Shown: piece by piece, positions 1 through 8,244 of the stretch
How positions within the stretch are numbered: the first letter of the stretch is position 1
Layout of the letters: each line of letters starts with the position of its first letter
From: an uncultured Acidimicrobiaceae bacterium
GTDB lineage: Bacteria; Actinomycetota; Acidimicrobiia; Acidimicrobiales; CAIXPF01
Assembly (NCBI GenBank): GCA_964453335.1
Contig: CAYVOK010000004.1
Location: 14,682 to 78,681 of the forward strand
Direction: 5' to 3'
DNA length: 64,000 bases
Position numbers and translations under genes: made by a program
The notes under the pieces: model-generated
The model's input: the letters and a program-made list of their open reading frames with translations, nothing else
Told to the model about the DNA's origin: nothing
Databases searched by the model: none

Positions 1-673
1 CGGCACACAGCCGCTCGGCGCGCTCGGCGGAACGGTTGACGACCACGACGCTGCGGGCCTCGGCCCCCACTGCGGCGGTTGCGATCCCCGAGCCCATCTC
101 GCCTGCACCGAGCACGAGGACCCGCCGGTCGGCGAGGTCGCCGACGGCCTCGACCGCGAGCTCCACGGCGGCGTGGGAGATCGACGCCGTGCCACGGGCG
201 AGCGAGGTCTCGGTACGGACGCGCTTGCCGACCTCGACCGCGCGTCGGAACAGCAGGTTGAGCGCCGGTGTGGCGAGCGACTCGGCCTGGGAACGTTCCC
301 AGGACACGCGCACCTGACCGAGGATCTCGTGCTCGCCGAGCACGGCGGAGTCGAGCCCCGCGCTCACGGTGAACAGGTGGTCGACCGCCTCGGCGTCGAA
401 GTAGGCGACGAGATGGTCGGCGAGCAACGCCGGGCCGGTGTCGGTGTGCACGGCGAGCATGTCGCGCACGTGGTGGAGGGTGTCATGGAACCGCTCGGCG
501 TCGAGGTAGCACTCGAGGCGGTGGCAGGTCGCGACGACGACTGCGCCGCTGACGAGTTCGCCGTCACAGAGGTCGGCGAGGAGCTTCGGCACGCGATCGG
601 CGGGAACCGCGACCCGTTCGAGCAGGTCGAGCGGTGCACTCCGATGGTTCAGGCCGATGGCGACGACGGGCAC
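1..673 (-). CDS. hemA: glutamyl-tRNA reductase, N-terminal ~224 aa (gene runs off the left edge)
   Basis: My reverse translation from GTG at 671-673 reads VPVVAIGLNHRSAPLDLLERVAV...ATCHRLECY...GLDSAVLGEHEILGQV...GKRVRTET...RVLVLGAGEMG with no stop. These are classic HemA motifs. It is absent from the ORF track because no stop lies in the window. Sits downstream of rex, as in actinobacterial rex-hem operons. Confidence 0.85.
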   Translation of the reverse strand, partial: MPVVAIGLNHRSAPLDLLERVAVPADRVPKLLADLCDGELVSGAVVVATCHRLECYLDAERFHDTLHHVRDMLAVHTDTGPALLADHLVAYFDAEAVDHLFTVSAGLDSAVLGEHEILGQVRVSWERSQAESLATPALNLLFRRAVEVGKRVRTETSLARGTASISHAAVELAVEAVGDLADRRVLVLGAGEMGSGIATAAVGAEARSVVVVNRSAERAERLCA

Positions 674-807
674 GGTGTGGTCTCCTCACCCGATGCGGTG
701 CGGACCGACGGCCGCAGCGCACAGGATCGGGCAGCGGCGACGAGCATGCCCCAGCGGTGGCCGGGACGGCCAGTCACGGGGGCCGGGGCGCGGCACTCGC
801 CGGGCGG

Positions 808-1458
808 TCACCCGACGGCCCGGGTCTCGCGGTGGGACTGGTAGAAGCTGAGGACCTGCAACTCGAGTGCGAGATCGACCTTGCGCAACGAGATGTGCGG
901 CGGCACCGACACCAACGCCGGGGCGAAGTTCAGGATCGCCTGGACGCCGGCGACGACGAGGGCGTCGGCGACCGCCTGCGCGACGTGCCCGGGGGTGGCG
1001 ATCACCCCGATGACGTGGTGGTGCTCGGCGACGATGCCGGCGAGGTCGGCGACGGGGCGGACGATCGTCCCCCCGATCTCGGTCCCGACCTTCGCCGGGT
1101 CGCTGTCGACGATCGCTGCGACGGGGAACCCGCGCTCGCCGAAGCCGCCGTAGTTGGCGAGCGCACGGCCGAGGTTGCCGGCGCCGACGACGACGACCGG
1201 CCAGTCCTGCGTGAGCCCGAGGGCCTCGCGCATCTGGAACAGGAGGAAGTCGACGTCGTAGCCGACGCCGCGCGTGCCGTAGGTCCCGAGGTAGGAGAGG
1301 TCCTTGCGCACCTTCGCACCGTTCACGCCGGCGAGCTCTGCGAGACGGTCCGACGAGACCGTGGCGATGCGGTCGCTCGCGAGCCCGACGAGCACGCGCA
1401 GGTACTCCGGGAGTCGCGCGACCGTGGCCGCAGGGATGCGCCGGGGGGTGCGGTCCAT
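808..1458 (-). CDS. rex: redox-sensing transcriptional repressor Rex
   Basis: ORF 808..1521. Has the winged-helix IPAATVARLPEYLRVL, the Rossmann motif VVVVGAGNLGRALANY and a C-terminal LSFY tail. I prefer ATG at 1458 (MDRTPRR) over 1521; the start is uncertain. Confidence 0.85.
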   Translation of the reverse strand: MDRTPRRIPAATVARLPEYLRVLVGLASDRIATVSSDRLAELAGVNGAKVRKDLSYLGTYGTRGVGYDVDFLLFQMREALGLTQDWPVVVVGAGNLGRALANYGGFGERGFPVAAIVDSDPAKVGTEIGGTIVRPVADLAGIVAEHHHVIGVIATPGHVAQAVADALVVAGVQAILNFAPALVSVPPHISLRKVDLALELQVLSFYQSHRETRAVG

Positions 1459-1549
1459 GAGGCCGCCATCGTACCGAGGTCGTGCTCGGGGTCGCGATCG
1501 GGAGGGTGTGCCTCGCGTCACCCCCGAGTCGCGGTGAGACCGGGGCGGA

Positions 1550-1639
1550 TCAGCGCACGAGGAAGACGAACTGCACCATCGTGGCGACGAGGATCAGTCC
1601 GAGCAGGATCGCGACGGCGATCGTCGTGGCAGGTCTCAT
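1550..1639 (-). CDS. 29-aa hydrophobic micro-protein (MRPATTIAVAILLGLILVATMVQFVFLVR), hypothetical
   Basis: Hand-translated; too short for the ORF track. Its ATG overlaps the TGA of the upstream SAM-hydrolase gene (ATGA at 1636-1639). AGGAGGGAAGC lies directly upstream. One predicted TM helix. Confidence 0.35.
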   Translation of the reverse strand: MRPATTIAVAILLGLILVATMVQFVFLVR

Positions 1640-2502
1640 GCTTCCCTCCTGCGGCCGAGTTCGACGGGGACGACGACCCCGTCGTCGCCGTTGTCGTCGG
1701 GCGCGGGTTCGAGCCGCACCGCGTCGGTGGGTCCGATCCGCAGCTCGCCTGCGGCCGACGCCCGGTCGGCGACGAGAGCGAGCATCCCGTAGCTGTCGAC
1801 CACCAGGCCGAGTTCACCGGTGCGGACCTCGGCATAGGTGTGAACGCGTCGGGCGATCCGGATGCGATCACCGATGCGGACCGTCACCCTCTCACCGAAC
1901 GCCTCGACGTCCTCGGGGTCGATGTTGAGCTGGAGGTTGCCGTAGCGGTCCTCCCAGAGCACCTCACCGTCGACACCACCACCCTCGATCCGGCTCAGGT
2001 TCATCAGCGCCGGTCGCAGCGAGAGCGGGTCGATGGGCCGACCGAGCGCCTCGAGAGGAACGCCGTTGCAGAGATGACCGACCACGGGTGCGAAGACGTC
2101 ACGCCCGGCGAAGGTCGGCCCGGGCGAGGGGAGGTGGAAGCTCTCGTCGTCGAGGACCACGGCACGGGACGCGCCGCCGACCATGGCGACGGCCGGTGCC
2201 AACACGCCGTTGTCGGGTCCGACGAGCACCGACTGTCCGTCCCCGACCTCGACGGCGATCGGCCGCCGGTCCGTACCGACCCCGGGATCGACGACGGCGA
2301 GGACGACACCGGGGCAGAGGTACTGCGCCGAACGGGCGAGCACGAGGCCTGCGCCGCGCACGTCGTAGGGCGCCACGTCGTGGGTGAGGTCGACGATCGC
2401 CGCGTGGGGCGCGAGCGAGCGGATCACCGAGTGGACGACACCGACGAACTCGTCGACGCGGCCGTAGTCCGACAGGAAGGTGACGGTGTCGTAGCGCGGC
2501 AT
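1636..2502 (-). CDS. SAM hydroxide adenosyltransferase / S-adenosyl-L-methionine hydrolase (DUF62, fluorinase-chlorinase superfamily)
   Basis: 288 aa. Family-typical pattern: TFLSDYG...VDLTHDV...VVDPGVG...VGPDNG...F.GRD.FAP. Confidence 0.75.
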   Translation of the reverse strand: MPRYDTVTFLSDYGRVDEFVGVVHSVIRSLAPHAAIVDLTHDVAPYDVRGAGLVLARSAQYLCPGVVLAVVDPGVGTDRRPIAVEVGDGQSVLVGPDNGVLAPAVAMVGGASRAVVLDDESFHLPSPGPTFAGRDVFAPVVGHLCNGVPLEALGRPIDPLSLRPALMNLSRIEGGGVDGEVLWEDRYGNLQLNIDPEDVEAFGERVTVRIGDRIRIARRVHTYAEVRTGELGLVVDSYGMLALVADRASAAGELRIGPTDAVRLEPAPDDNGDDGVVVPVELGRRREA

Positions 2503-2509
2503 GGTCGCC

Positions 2510-3301
2510 TCAGCGACCGAGCTCGGCGGACCGGGCGGTCGCCGCCGCGATGGCGTCGAGGAAGGCGGCGCGCACGCCGCCCTGTTCGAGTGCCCTGAGT
2601 CCTGCGGCCGTCGTCCCGCCGGGCGAGGTCACGTCGGCACGCCGGTCGGCAGCCGATCGGTCGCTGCTCTGCAGCAGGGCTGCCGATCCGAGGAGGGTCT
2701 GCACGGCGAGCTTCTGGGCCACCGGGCGGCTGAGCCCGACGAGGACGCCCGCCTCGATCATCGCCTCGGCCACGAGGAAGACGTAGGCAGGCCCCGATCC
2801 GGAGAGTCCGGTGACTGCGTCGATCTGCGATTCGTCGACCCGGGCGACGACACCGACCGCGGCGAGTACGGACTCCGCCCAGTCGAGGTCGTCCGACGTC
2901 GCACGCGTACCGCCTGCGATCGCTGCTGCGCCCTGACCGATGAGCGACGGCGTGTTCGGCATCGCTCGCACGACCGCGACATCCGGGCCGAGTGCCGCCT
3001 CGAGCTTCGCTGTCGTCACGCCCGCCGCCACGGACAGCACCCGCCGAACGCCACGGTTGGGTGCGAGCGCCGCGCAGACGTCGGCGACCTCACCCGGCTT
3101 CACGGCGATCAGGTGGTCGGCACCCGGACCGAGGTCGGCGCTGACCGTCACGCCGGGGAACCTCGCCGCGAGTTCGTCCCGTCGACCGGCGACCGGTTCG
3201 ACGACCCGGAGCCCGGCAGGCTCGGTCCAACCGGACGCGAGCAGACCGCCGAGCAGGGCCTCGCCCATCTTCCCGCCGCCGATGACCTGCAAGTTCCGCA
3301 C
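2510..3301 (-). CDS. proC: pyrroline-5-carboxylate reductase
   Basis: 263 aa. N-terminal VIGGGKMGEALLGGL Rossmann motif and C-terminal TSPGGTTAAGL motif. GTG start at 3299-3301. Confidence 0.9.
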   Translation of the reverse strand: MRNLQVIGGGKMGEALLGGLLASGWTEPAGLRVVEPVAGRRDELAARFPGVTVSADLGPGADHLIAVKPGEVADVCAALAPNRGVRRVLSVAAGVTTAKLEAALGPDVAVVRAMPNTPSLIGQGAAAIAGGTRATSDDLDWAESVLAAVGVVARVDESQIDAVTGLSGSGPAYVFLVAEAMIEAGVLVGLSRPVAQKLAVQTLLGSAALLQSSDRSAADRRADVTSPGGTTAAGLRALEQGGVRAAFLDAIAAATARSAELGR

Positions 3302-3307
3302 GGTCGG

Positions 3308-3313
3308 ATGCTA
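3308..3313 (-). promoter_or_regulatory. -10 hexamer TAGCAT, 6 nt before the proC GTG (leaderless pattern)
   Basis: Minus-strand read: TAGCAT ccgacc GTG. Confidence 0.4.
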
Positions 3314-3349
3314 CCCGTGCGACCCTGCGCACGGCCCCTCCGCACGCGG

Positions 3350-4486
3350 TCAGGAGTAGATCGAACCTGCCTTGCAGGTGACGCACTCGGCCGCCCACGG
3401 GATGGCCTCGAGGCGCTCCCGCACGATGGCCTGGCCGCACGCGACGCACACGCCGTAGCGATCCGCGTCGAGACGGGCGAGGGCGCCGTCGATCTGGTCG
3501 ACCTGCGCACGCGCCTGCGCCGAGAGGGCGAGATCGCGGTCGCGCTCCACGGCCAGCGAGTCGCCTTCACCCGACTCGTCGTCGAACTGCACGTCCCCCG
3601 GCTCACGTTCGCTCATCAGCGAATCGGCCTCGGCCGTCCAGCGCTCGGCCGACTGCATGTGCCGGGACCGCTCCTCGACGAGGACGGCACGCTGCTGGCC
3701 GAGGAACTTCGCGCCGAAGATCTTCGCTGCAGACAGCGGCTTCGGGGCAGGAGCCGTCTTCGCCTTGAGCGTCGGGGCCTTGGCTGCGGGCTTCGGCGTG
3801 GGCTTCGCACTCGACTCCGCGTTCGACGTCGCCTCGGGAGCAACCTTGGCCTTCGCTGCGGGCTTGGGCGCGGTCTTGGCCTTCGCAGCAGGCTTCGCCA
3901 TGGGCGTCGGGGCCTTGGCTGCGGGCTTCGGCGTGGGCTTCGCACTCGACTTCGCCGCTGGCTTGGGTGCCGCCTTCGCCTTCGGCGTTGCCTTCGCCGC
4001 AGGCTTCGGCGCAGCCTTGGGCACCGGCTTCGACGCCGACTTGGCCGCCGGCTTCGACGCAGCCTTGGGCGCCGGCTTCGACGCAGCCTTGGGCGCCGGC
4101 TTCGGCGCAGCCTTGGGCGCTGGCTTGGACGCCGACTTGGCCGCCGGCTTCGACGCGGCCTTGGGCGCCGGCTTCGTCGTTGCCTTCGCCGCAGGCTTCG
4201 GCGCGGCCTTGGGCGCCGGCTTCGTCGTTGCCTTCGCCGCAGGCTTCGGCGCGGCCTTGGGCGCAGGCTTCGGTGCGGCCTTCGATGCCGGTGCCTTGGC
4301 AGCGGGCGTGGGCGCAGCCTTCGCGGCGGTGGCCGACTTGGGCTTCGCTGCGGTGCTCTTCGTCGTCTTCGAGCTCGTGGTCACGGTGGTGGAAGCCGCC
4401 TCGTGGTCGTCGCCCGGATCGATCGATCGACCTCCGGGACGGTCGGCGCTGCGACCGGGATGGGCCGAAGAACGCCGTTGGGGCAT
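3350..4486 (-). CDS. ddbA: bifunctional nucleoid-associated protein: N-terminal Lys/Ala/Pro histone-H1-like repeats plus C-terminal TraR/DksA C4 zinc finger (DdbA-like)
   Basis: The track ORF 3350..4804 is over-extended; I take ATG at 4484-4486 (MPQRRSS), giving 378 aa. Residues ~38-255 are AKPAAKAAPKP-type repeats. The C-terminus has a coiled region and CVACG-x17-CVTC, the DksA/TraR signature. Confidence 0.75.
   Translation of the reverse strand: MPQRRSSAHPGRSADRPGGRSIDPGDDHEAASTTVTTSSKTTKSTAAKPKSATAAKAAPTPAAKAPASKAAPKPAPKAAPKPAAKATTKPAPKAAPKPAAKATTKPAPKAASKPAAKSASKPAPKAAPKPAPKAASKPAPKAASKPAAKSASKPVPKAAPKPAAKATPKAKAAPKPAAKSSAKPTPKPAAKAPTPMAKPAAKAKTAPKPAAKAKVAPEATSNAESSAKPTPKPAAKAPTLKAKTAPAPKPLSAAKIFGAKFLGQQRAVLVEERSRHMQSAERWTAEADSLMSEREPGDVQFDDESGEGDSLAVERDRDLALSAQARAQVDQIDGALARLDADRYGVCVACGQAIVRERLEAIPWAAECVTCKAGSIYS
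3722..4375 (-). repeat. in-frame degenerate tandem repeats encoding the PAKKA-type low-complexity region; includes a perfect 2 x 48 nt duplication at 4155-4250
   Basis: Direct reading: 4155-4202 and 4203-4250 are identical (gcggccttgggcgccggcttcgtcgttgccttcgccgcaggcttcggc). Flanking units are diverged 30/48-nt variants. Confidence 0.9.
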
Positions 4487-4613
4487 CCAGTATTCCCCAT
4501 CGCGGCCGTCCGGACCGCCCCGAACGCCGGAGCGGGACGGGCGAACGGCCGGGATGCCGTCCCGACCGACTTCCCCGATCGCTCGACCCGGCATCCCGAC
4601 CGCCCGGTTGGGC

Positions 4614-4642
4614 ACCTTAGACGGAGATGCCTGGAAATGCAA
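4614..4642 (-). promoter_or_regulatory. candidate sigma-A-type promoter for the DdbA-like gene: -35 TTGCAT, 17 nt, -10 TAAGGT
   Basis: Minus-strand read: TTGCAT ttccaggcatctccgtc TAAGGT, inside the only AT-rich patch of this intergenic region. Implies a 5' UTR of about 120 nt. Confidence 0.35.
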
Positions 4643-4649
4643 TAAAGAA

Positions 4650-5132
4650 CTATGAGGGGAACCGACTTGCGAAGCCGATCCGGAGTGCGGGCCGGAAGCA
4701 CTGCTCGACATAGGCGTACAGGGACCCGAGGACACGGTCGAGCTCGGACTCCGTGACGGAGGTGTTCGCCAACTGGCCGGCGAGGAAGACGGCGTCCTCC
4801 TCACCGATCAGGAAGGAGGCGCCGTAGAACTTCCGGTTGCGACGGAGCAGGTGCTCGTAGAACGCCGCGTGGTTCTCCTCCGGGGCCGGCATCACGTAGG
4901 TCTCGTAGTGCAGGGTCCGCTGGCCGAGCGTGAACCAGATGGCGAAGACCGGCTTCTCCTCCCCCGTCACCCGGACGTACCAGCGACGCAGCAACGGATC
5001 CCGGTCGACGGCGGCGACCGTGGGGTTCGCCCCGAGTTCGTGCGCCAGCCACGCGTCGATCCGGGCCGAAAGCGCGTCGAGCTCGTCGTCGGTGAACGGC
5101 GGGGCGCCCTCGGTCACGAGCCCACCGCGCAT
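4650..5132 (-). CDS. YbjN-domain (putative sensory transduction regulator-like) protein
   Basis: Recognisable C-terminal 160 aa of track ORF 4650..5546, starting MRGGLVTEGAPPFTDDELDAL. It sits directly downstream of mshA, the same neighbourhood I recall for mycobacteria. Overlaps the mshA stop by 19 nt. Confidence 0.6.
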   Translation of the reverse strand: MRGGLVTEGAPPFTDDELDALSARIDAWLAHELGANPTVAAVDRDPLLRRWYVRVTGEEKPVFAIWFTLGQRTLHYETYVMPAPEENHAAFYEHLLRRNRKFYGASFLIGEEDAVFLAGQLANTSVTESELDRVLGSLYAYVEQCFRPALRIGFASRFPS

Positions 5133-6337
5133 GAGACCCGGGAACCGGTGACGAGATCGGCGTGGATACGACGCAGACGCGCTGCAGACGTCGACCACCG
5201 GTAGCGGCCGGCGAGTTCGCGGGCGCCGGCCGCGAGGCGGGCCGCCGTCGGGGCGTCGTCGAGCACCCGGTCGATCGCCGCGGCGAACGCCGCCGGGTCC
5301 CGGCCCTCGACCAACATGCCGGTGCGCTCGTGTTCGACGAGAGTGAGCAGGCCACCGACGGCCGACGCGACGACCGGCGTACCGCACGCCGCGGCCTCGA
5401 GGGCGACGAGACCGAAGGACTCCGACCGGCTGGGCACCACGCACAGATCTGCGGCGCGGTAGTAGCTCGAGAGCAGATGGTGCGGCTGCGGAGGACGGAA
5501 CTCGACCCGTGCCCCGAGCCCGAGCCGCTCGACGAGCGCCCGGCACGCCGCCTCGTGGGCGTCGCCTTCGACCCCGCTCGCACCGCCCACGACCACCAGG
5601 CGGGCCGTCCGGTGGCGACTGCGGGCCAGCGCCTCGATCGCGACGTCGAGGCCCTTCAGCGGTTGGATCCGGCCGACGAACACGAGCACGGGGCCGTCGC
5701 AGTCGAGTGCAAGCGCACGCCGTGCCCCGCAGCGGTCACCGGGTGCGAAGAACGCATGGTCGACGCCGGGCGGCACGATCTCGATGCGGGACGGGTCGGC
5801 GCCGTAGAAGCGTTCGAGCTGGGCCGCTTCCTCGGCGGAGTTGGCGAGGATGGCGTCGCTGCAGCGGATCACCGCCGTCTCGGCGTCGATGCGGCGCTGC
5901 GGTTCGGGGTCGCCCGTCTCGGCCTTCACCCGGGCGAGCGTGTGGAACGTGCAGAGCAGCGGGACGTCGAGGGTGTGCTTGATCGCATGCCCGGCGACGG
6001 CCGACAGCCAGTAGTTGGCGTGCACTGCGGCTGCGGTCCCGGTGGTGGCGATGTGGTCGGCGACGCGTGCCGCGAAGGTGCCGACCACCTCCGGGAGCGA
6101 TTCCTTCGGGAGGTGGACCGGTCCGGCGGGGACGTGGACGACCCGGAACCCGGGTTCGACGTCGACGACCTCGGGCAGGTCGTCCGACCAGCGGCGGACG
6201 TAGACGTCGCAGGGGACGCCGGCCTGGGCGACCGAGGCGGCGAGCTCGCGCACGTACACGTTCATGCCACCGCTGTCGCCGGAGCCCGGCTGGGCGAGCG
6301 GCGAGGTGTGCATGGAGATGACGGCGAGACCGGCCAC
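5114..6337 (-). CDS. mshA: D-inositol-3-phosphate glycosyltransferase (mycothiol biosynthesis, GT4)
   Basis: 407 aa. N-terminus ISMHTSPLAQPGSGDSGGMNVYVRELA is the MshA signature. GT-B E-x7-E region SESFGLVALEAAACGTPVV. Confidence 0.9.
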   Translation of the reverse strand: MAGLAVISMHTSPLAQPGSGDSGGMNVYVRELAASVAQAGVPCDVYVRRWSDDLPEVVDVEPGFRVVHVPAGPVHLPKESLPEVVGTFAARVADHIATTGTAAAVHANYWLSAVAGHAIKHTLDVPLLCTFHTLARVKAETGDPEPQRRIDAETAVIRCSDAILANSAEEAAQLERFYGADPSRIEIVPPGVDHAFFAPGDRCGARRALALDCDGPVLVFVGRIQPLKGLDVAIEALARSRHRTARLVVVGGASGVEGDAHEAACRALVERLGLGARVEFRPPQPHHLLSSYYRAADLCVVPSRSESFGLVALEAAACGTPVVASAVGGLLTLVEHERTGMLVEGRDPAAFAAAIDRVLDDAPTAARLAAGARELAGRYRWSTSAARLRRIHADLVTGSRVSCAVGS

Positions 6338-6449
6338 GGGTTTCCCAACGGAGGACGACGGCGCCGGATTCCCGACGCCACGAAAGCCCTGCGAGGCTAC
6401 CGGCGGGGTGTGGTCGAACCCCCATGCGGACGGTCAGTCCGGTTCGGGC

Positions 6450-6692
6450 TCAACCTCCGGAGACAGGCGGGAGCACGGCGATCTCGTCACCGTCCGCGAC
6501 CGGCTCGTGGACCTCGACCGGTTCGCCGTTGCGCCAGACCCGGCTCCCCGCGAGCACACCGGCGAACTCCGGTCCGTAACGGTCGACCGCCACGGCGAGC
6601 ACACCGGCGACGTCGGCCGCGTCGACACGGTCGCTGCCCGTGCCCGCAGCCACGCGTGCGGCGGCGAAGAGGCGCAGGGTCACGGTGGGCAC
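6450..6692 (-). CDS. MoaD/ThiS-family ubiquitin-fold sulfur-carrier-like protein (C-terminal GG)
   Basis: 80 aa ending ...DEIAVLPPVSGG. GTG start at 6690-6692. Confidence 0.7.
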   Translation of the reverse strand: MPTVTLRLFAAARVAAGTGSDRVDAADVAGVLAVAVDRYGPEFAGVLAGSRVWRNGEPVEVHEPVADGDEIAVLPPVSGG

Positions 6693-6698
6693 GCGCCG

Positions 6699-6704
6699 AT
6701 GCTA
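6699..6704 (-). promoter_or_regulatory. -10 hexamer TAGCAT, 6 nt before the MoaD-like GTG (leaderless pattern)
   Basis: Minus-strand read: TAGCAT cggcgc GTG. Confidence 0.4.
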
Positions 6705-6726
6705 CCGAGGGCGCTGCGGTGCGGGA

Positions 6727-8244
6727 TCAGCGGTGCACGTCGGGATCGGTCTGGCGGACCCGTGTACGCACCGTGAACACGGAGTCACCCGACAGGACCC
6801 CGCCACGGCCGAACAGCCGACCGTTCTCCCAGTTCGACAGGCCGAGTTCGGGGCGGCCGAGCGCGTACTGCCCGTCGACCCAGCGGGTGAACCCGTTCCC
6901 GACGAACGGGCTGTCGACCGCCGACCAGAACCGTTCCTGCTCGGCATCGTCGTCGGAGACGAGGGAGACGACGAGCCGTGGGCTGCAGCGGTTGAACAGC
7001 CCGACCGCCTCGTCGACCGCGTCGACGAGCACGAGGGTGACCTCGGGGCTCTCCTCCCACTCCCACTCGGTGCCGAGTGCTGCGACGTCGAGGACGTCGG
7101 CGGCCGGTTCGTCGTGGACGCCGTCCGCCCGGACGACCTGCGCACGCCGGGCGAACCACGGGTCGAGCGCCGGGTGCGCGCTCCCGGCCGCCACGTGGAG
7201 ACGCGCGTCCGCGCCACGTCGCGCCGCCGCGCGGTCGAGCGCGCCGAGGAACTCCGGGACGAGCCGGTCGGCGTGGCGACGCGGGACGCAGCACACGTTC
7301 AGCGTGTTGCACACCTTGCGGTCGAGCGAGTGGTACACCGCAGCGCCGAACCGGTCGACGTCGACCCCGTCGCCGGCGACGATCCAGGCGCCGCCCGTGC
7401 CGTGGAGCGACACCGGCACCCCGGCCTGACGGGCGACGGCGCCGAGCTGTGCGACCGCCTCACCCGAACCCCGCGCGACCGCGAGCGCCAGCCGCGCGTC
7501 GCCGAAGAGCGCCCATCCCGCCGCCCGCGACGGCGAGTCGACGAGTTCGACGGCGCCGTCGGGCAGACCGGCCGCACGAAGGGCCGGCCGCAGCGCAGCG
7601 GTCACGATCGCCCGCGCCGTGCCGAGCGCATCGCTGCCGATCCGGAACACGACCGTGTTCCCGCTGCGCAGCACACCGGCCGCGTCGGCGAACACGTTGG
7701 GACGGCCCTCGAAGACGAACCCGACCACGCCCAGCCCCGCCCGCCGCTGCTCGACGGCCCACCCGTCGTGCTCGATCCGTTCGACGACGGCGTCACGACC
7801 CGACGGCGCACCGGCCCAACCGCGCAGACCGGCGACCATGTCGTCACGCATCCTCGGGGAGAGCACGAGCCGCGTCGTCGACCGGCCCCGAGCCCTGGCG
7901 TCCTCGACGTCGCGCTCGTTCGCCGCGGCGATCGCCGCGAACGTGTCGTCGTCGGCGAGCCGGTCGGCGAAGGCCTCGTAGAAGGAGGTGATCGCATCGT
8001 CGCCGACGGTGCGCAGCACGCCGAACGCGTCGACGGCGCGCCCCACGGTCGCCTCGACGAGCGCTGCGTCGACGGCGGGAATGTGCAGGAGCGCACCGTC
8101 GGTCGGCACCACGACGAGTCGGTCACCGGAGCGGAACGCCGCAGCGAGTTCGGCGGGGACGTGGGTGACGCGATCCCCGCCGACGATGACGGGCATGCCC
8201 GGTTCGAGGCGGTCGAGGGGTGCGGGTCGGTCGCCGGCGCTCAT
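6727..8244 (-). CDS. glutamate-5-semialdehyde dehydrogenase (ProA)-like aldehyde dehydrogenase with ~60-aa N-terminal extension
   Basis: Real part of track ORF 6727..9183, starting at the ATG of an ATGA overlap at 8241-8244 (MSAGDRPAP); 505 aa. Aligns by eye to ProA (FEGRPNVFADA..., catalytic-Cys region KVCNTLNVCCV). Confidence 0.7.
   Translation of the reverse strand: MSAGDRPAPLDRLEPGMPVIVGGDRVTHVPAELAAAFRSGDRLVVVPTDGALLHIPAVDAALVEATVGRAVDAFGVLRTVGDDAITSFYEAFADRLADDDTFAAIAAANERDVEDARARGRSTTRLVLSPRMRDDMVAGLRGWAGAPSGRDAVVERIEHDGWAVEQRRAGLGVVGFVFEGRPNVFADAAGVLRSGNTVVFRIGSDALGTARAIVTAALRPALRAAGLPDGAVELVDSPSRAAGWALFGDARLALAVARGSGEAVAQLGAVARQAGVPVSLHGTGGAWIVAGDGVDVDRFGAAVYHSLDRKVCNTLNVCCVPRRHADRLVPEFLGALDRAAARRGADARLHVAAGSAHPALDPWFARRAQVVRADGVHDEPAADVLDVAALGTEWEWEESPEVTLVLVDAVDEAVGLFNRCSPRLVVSLVSDDDAEQERFWSAVDSPFVGNGFTRWVDGQYALGRPELGLSNWENGRLFGRGGVLSGDSVFTVRTRVRQTDPDVHR

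Noticed and set aside
1459-1550. Expected Rex auto-operator upstream of rex (and 674-807 upstream of hemA).
   Set aside because: There is no TGTGAA/TTCACA half-site. The nearest thing, GGTGTGCCTCGCGTCACC, has only 4-bp complementary ends and does not resemble the ROP consensus.
3700-4400. Periodic 30/48-nt repeats that could superficially suggest a CRISPR-like or satellite array. The antisense frame gives a striking LRRGLGRRLRR repeat protein (inside ORF 2501..4645).
   Set aside because: The repeats are contiguous with no unique spacers. They are in frame with, and fully explained by, the Lys/Ala/Pro tail of the DksA-fusion gene on the minus strand. The Arg/Leu/Gly repeat is simply its reverse complement.
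634-7429. Very long plus-strand ORFs (634..2598, 2501..4645, 5162..7429). Similar ones elsewhere include 36570..39452 (-), 39566..41890 (-), 50899..53697 upstream part, 54715..57342 upstream part, and 9952..11826 (-).
   Set aside because: Their translations are Arg/Pro/Gly/Asp-rich with no motifs. They lie antisense or out of frame to genes with unmistakable family signatures. They are typical stop-codon-poor shadow frames of 70% GC DNA.
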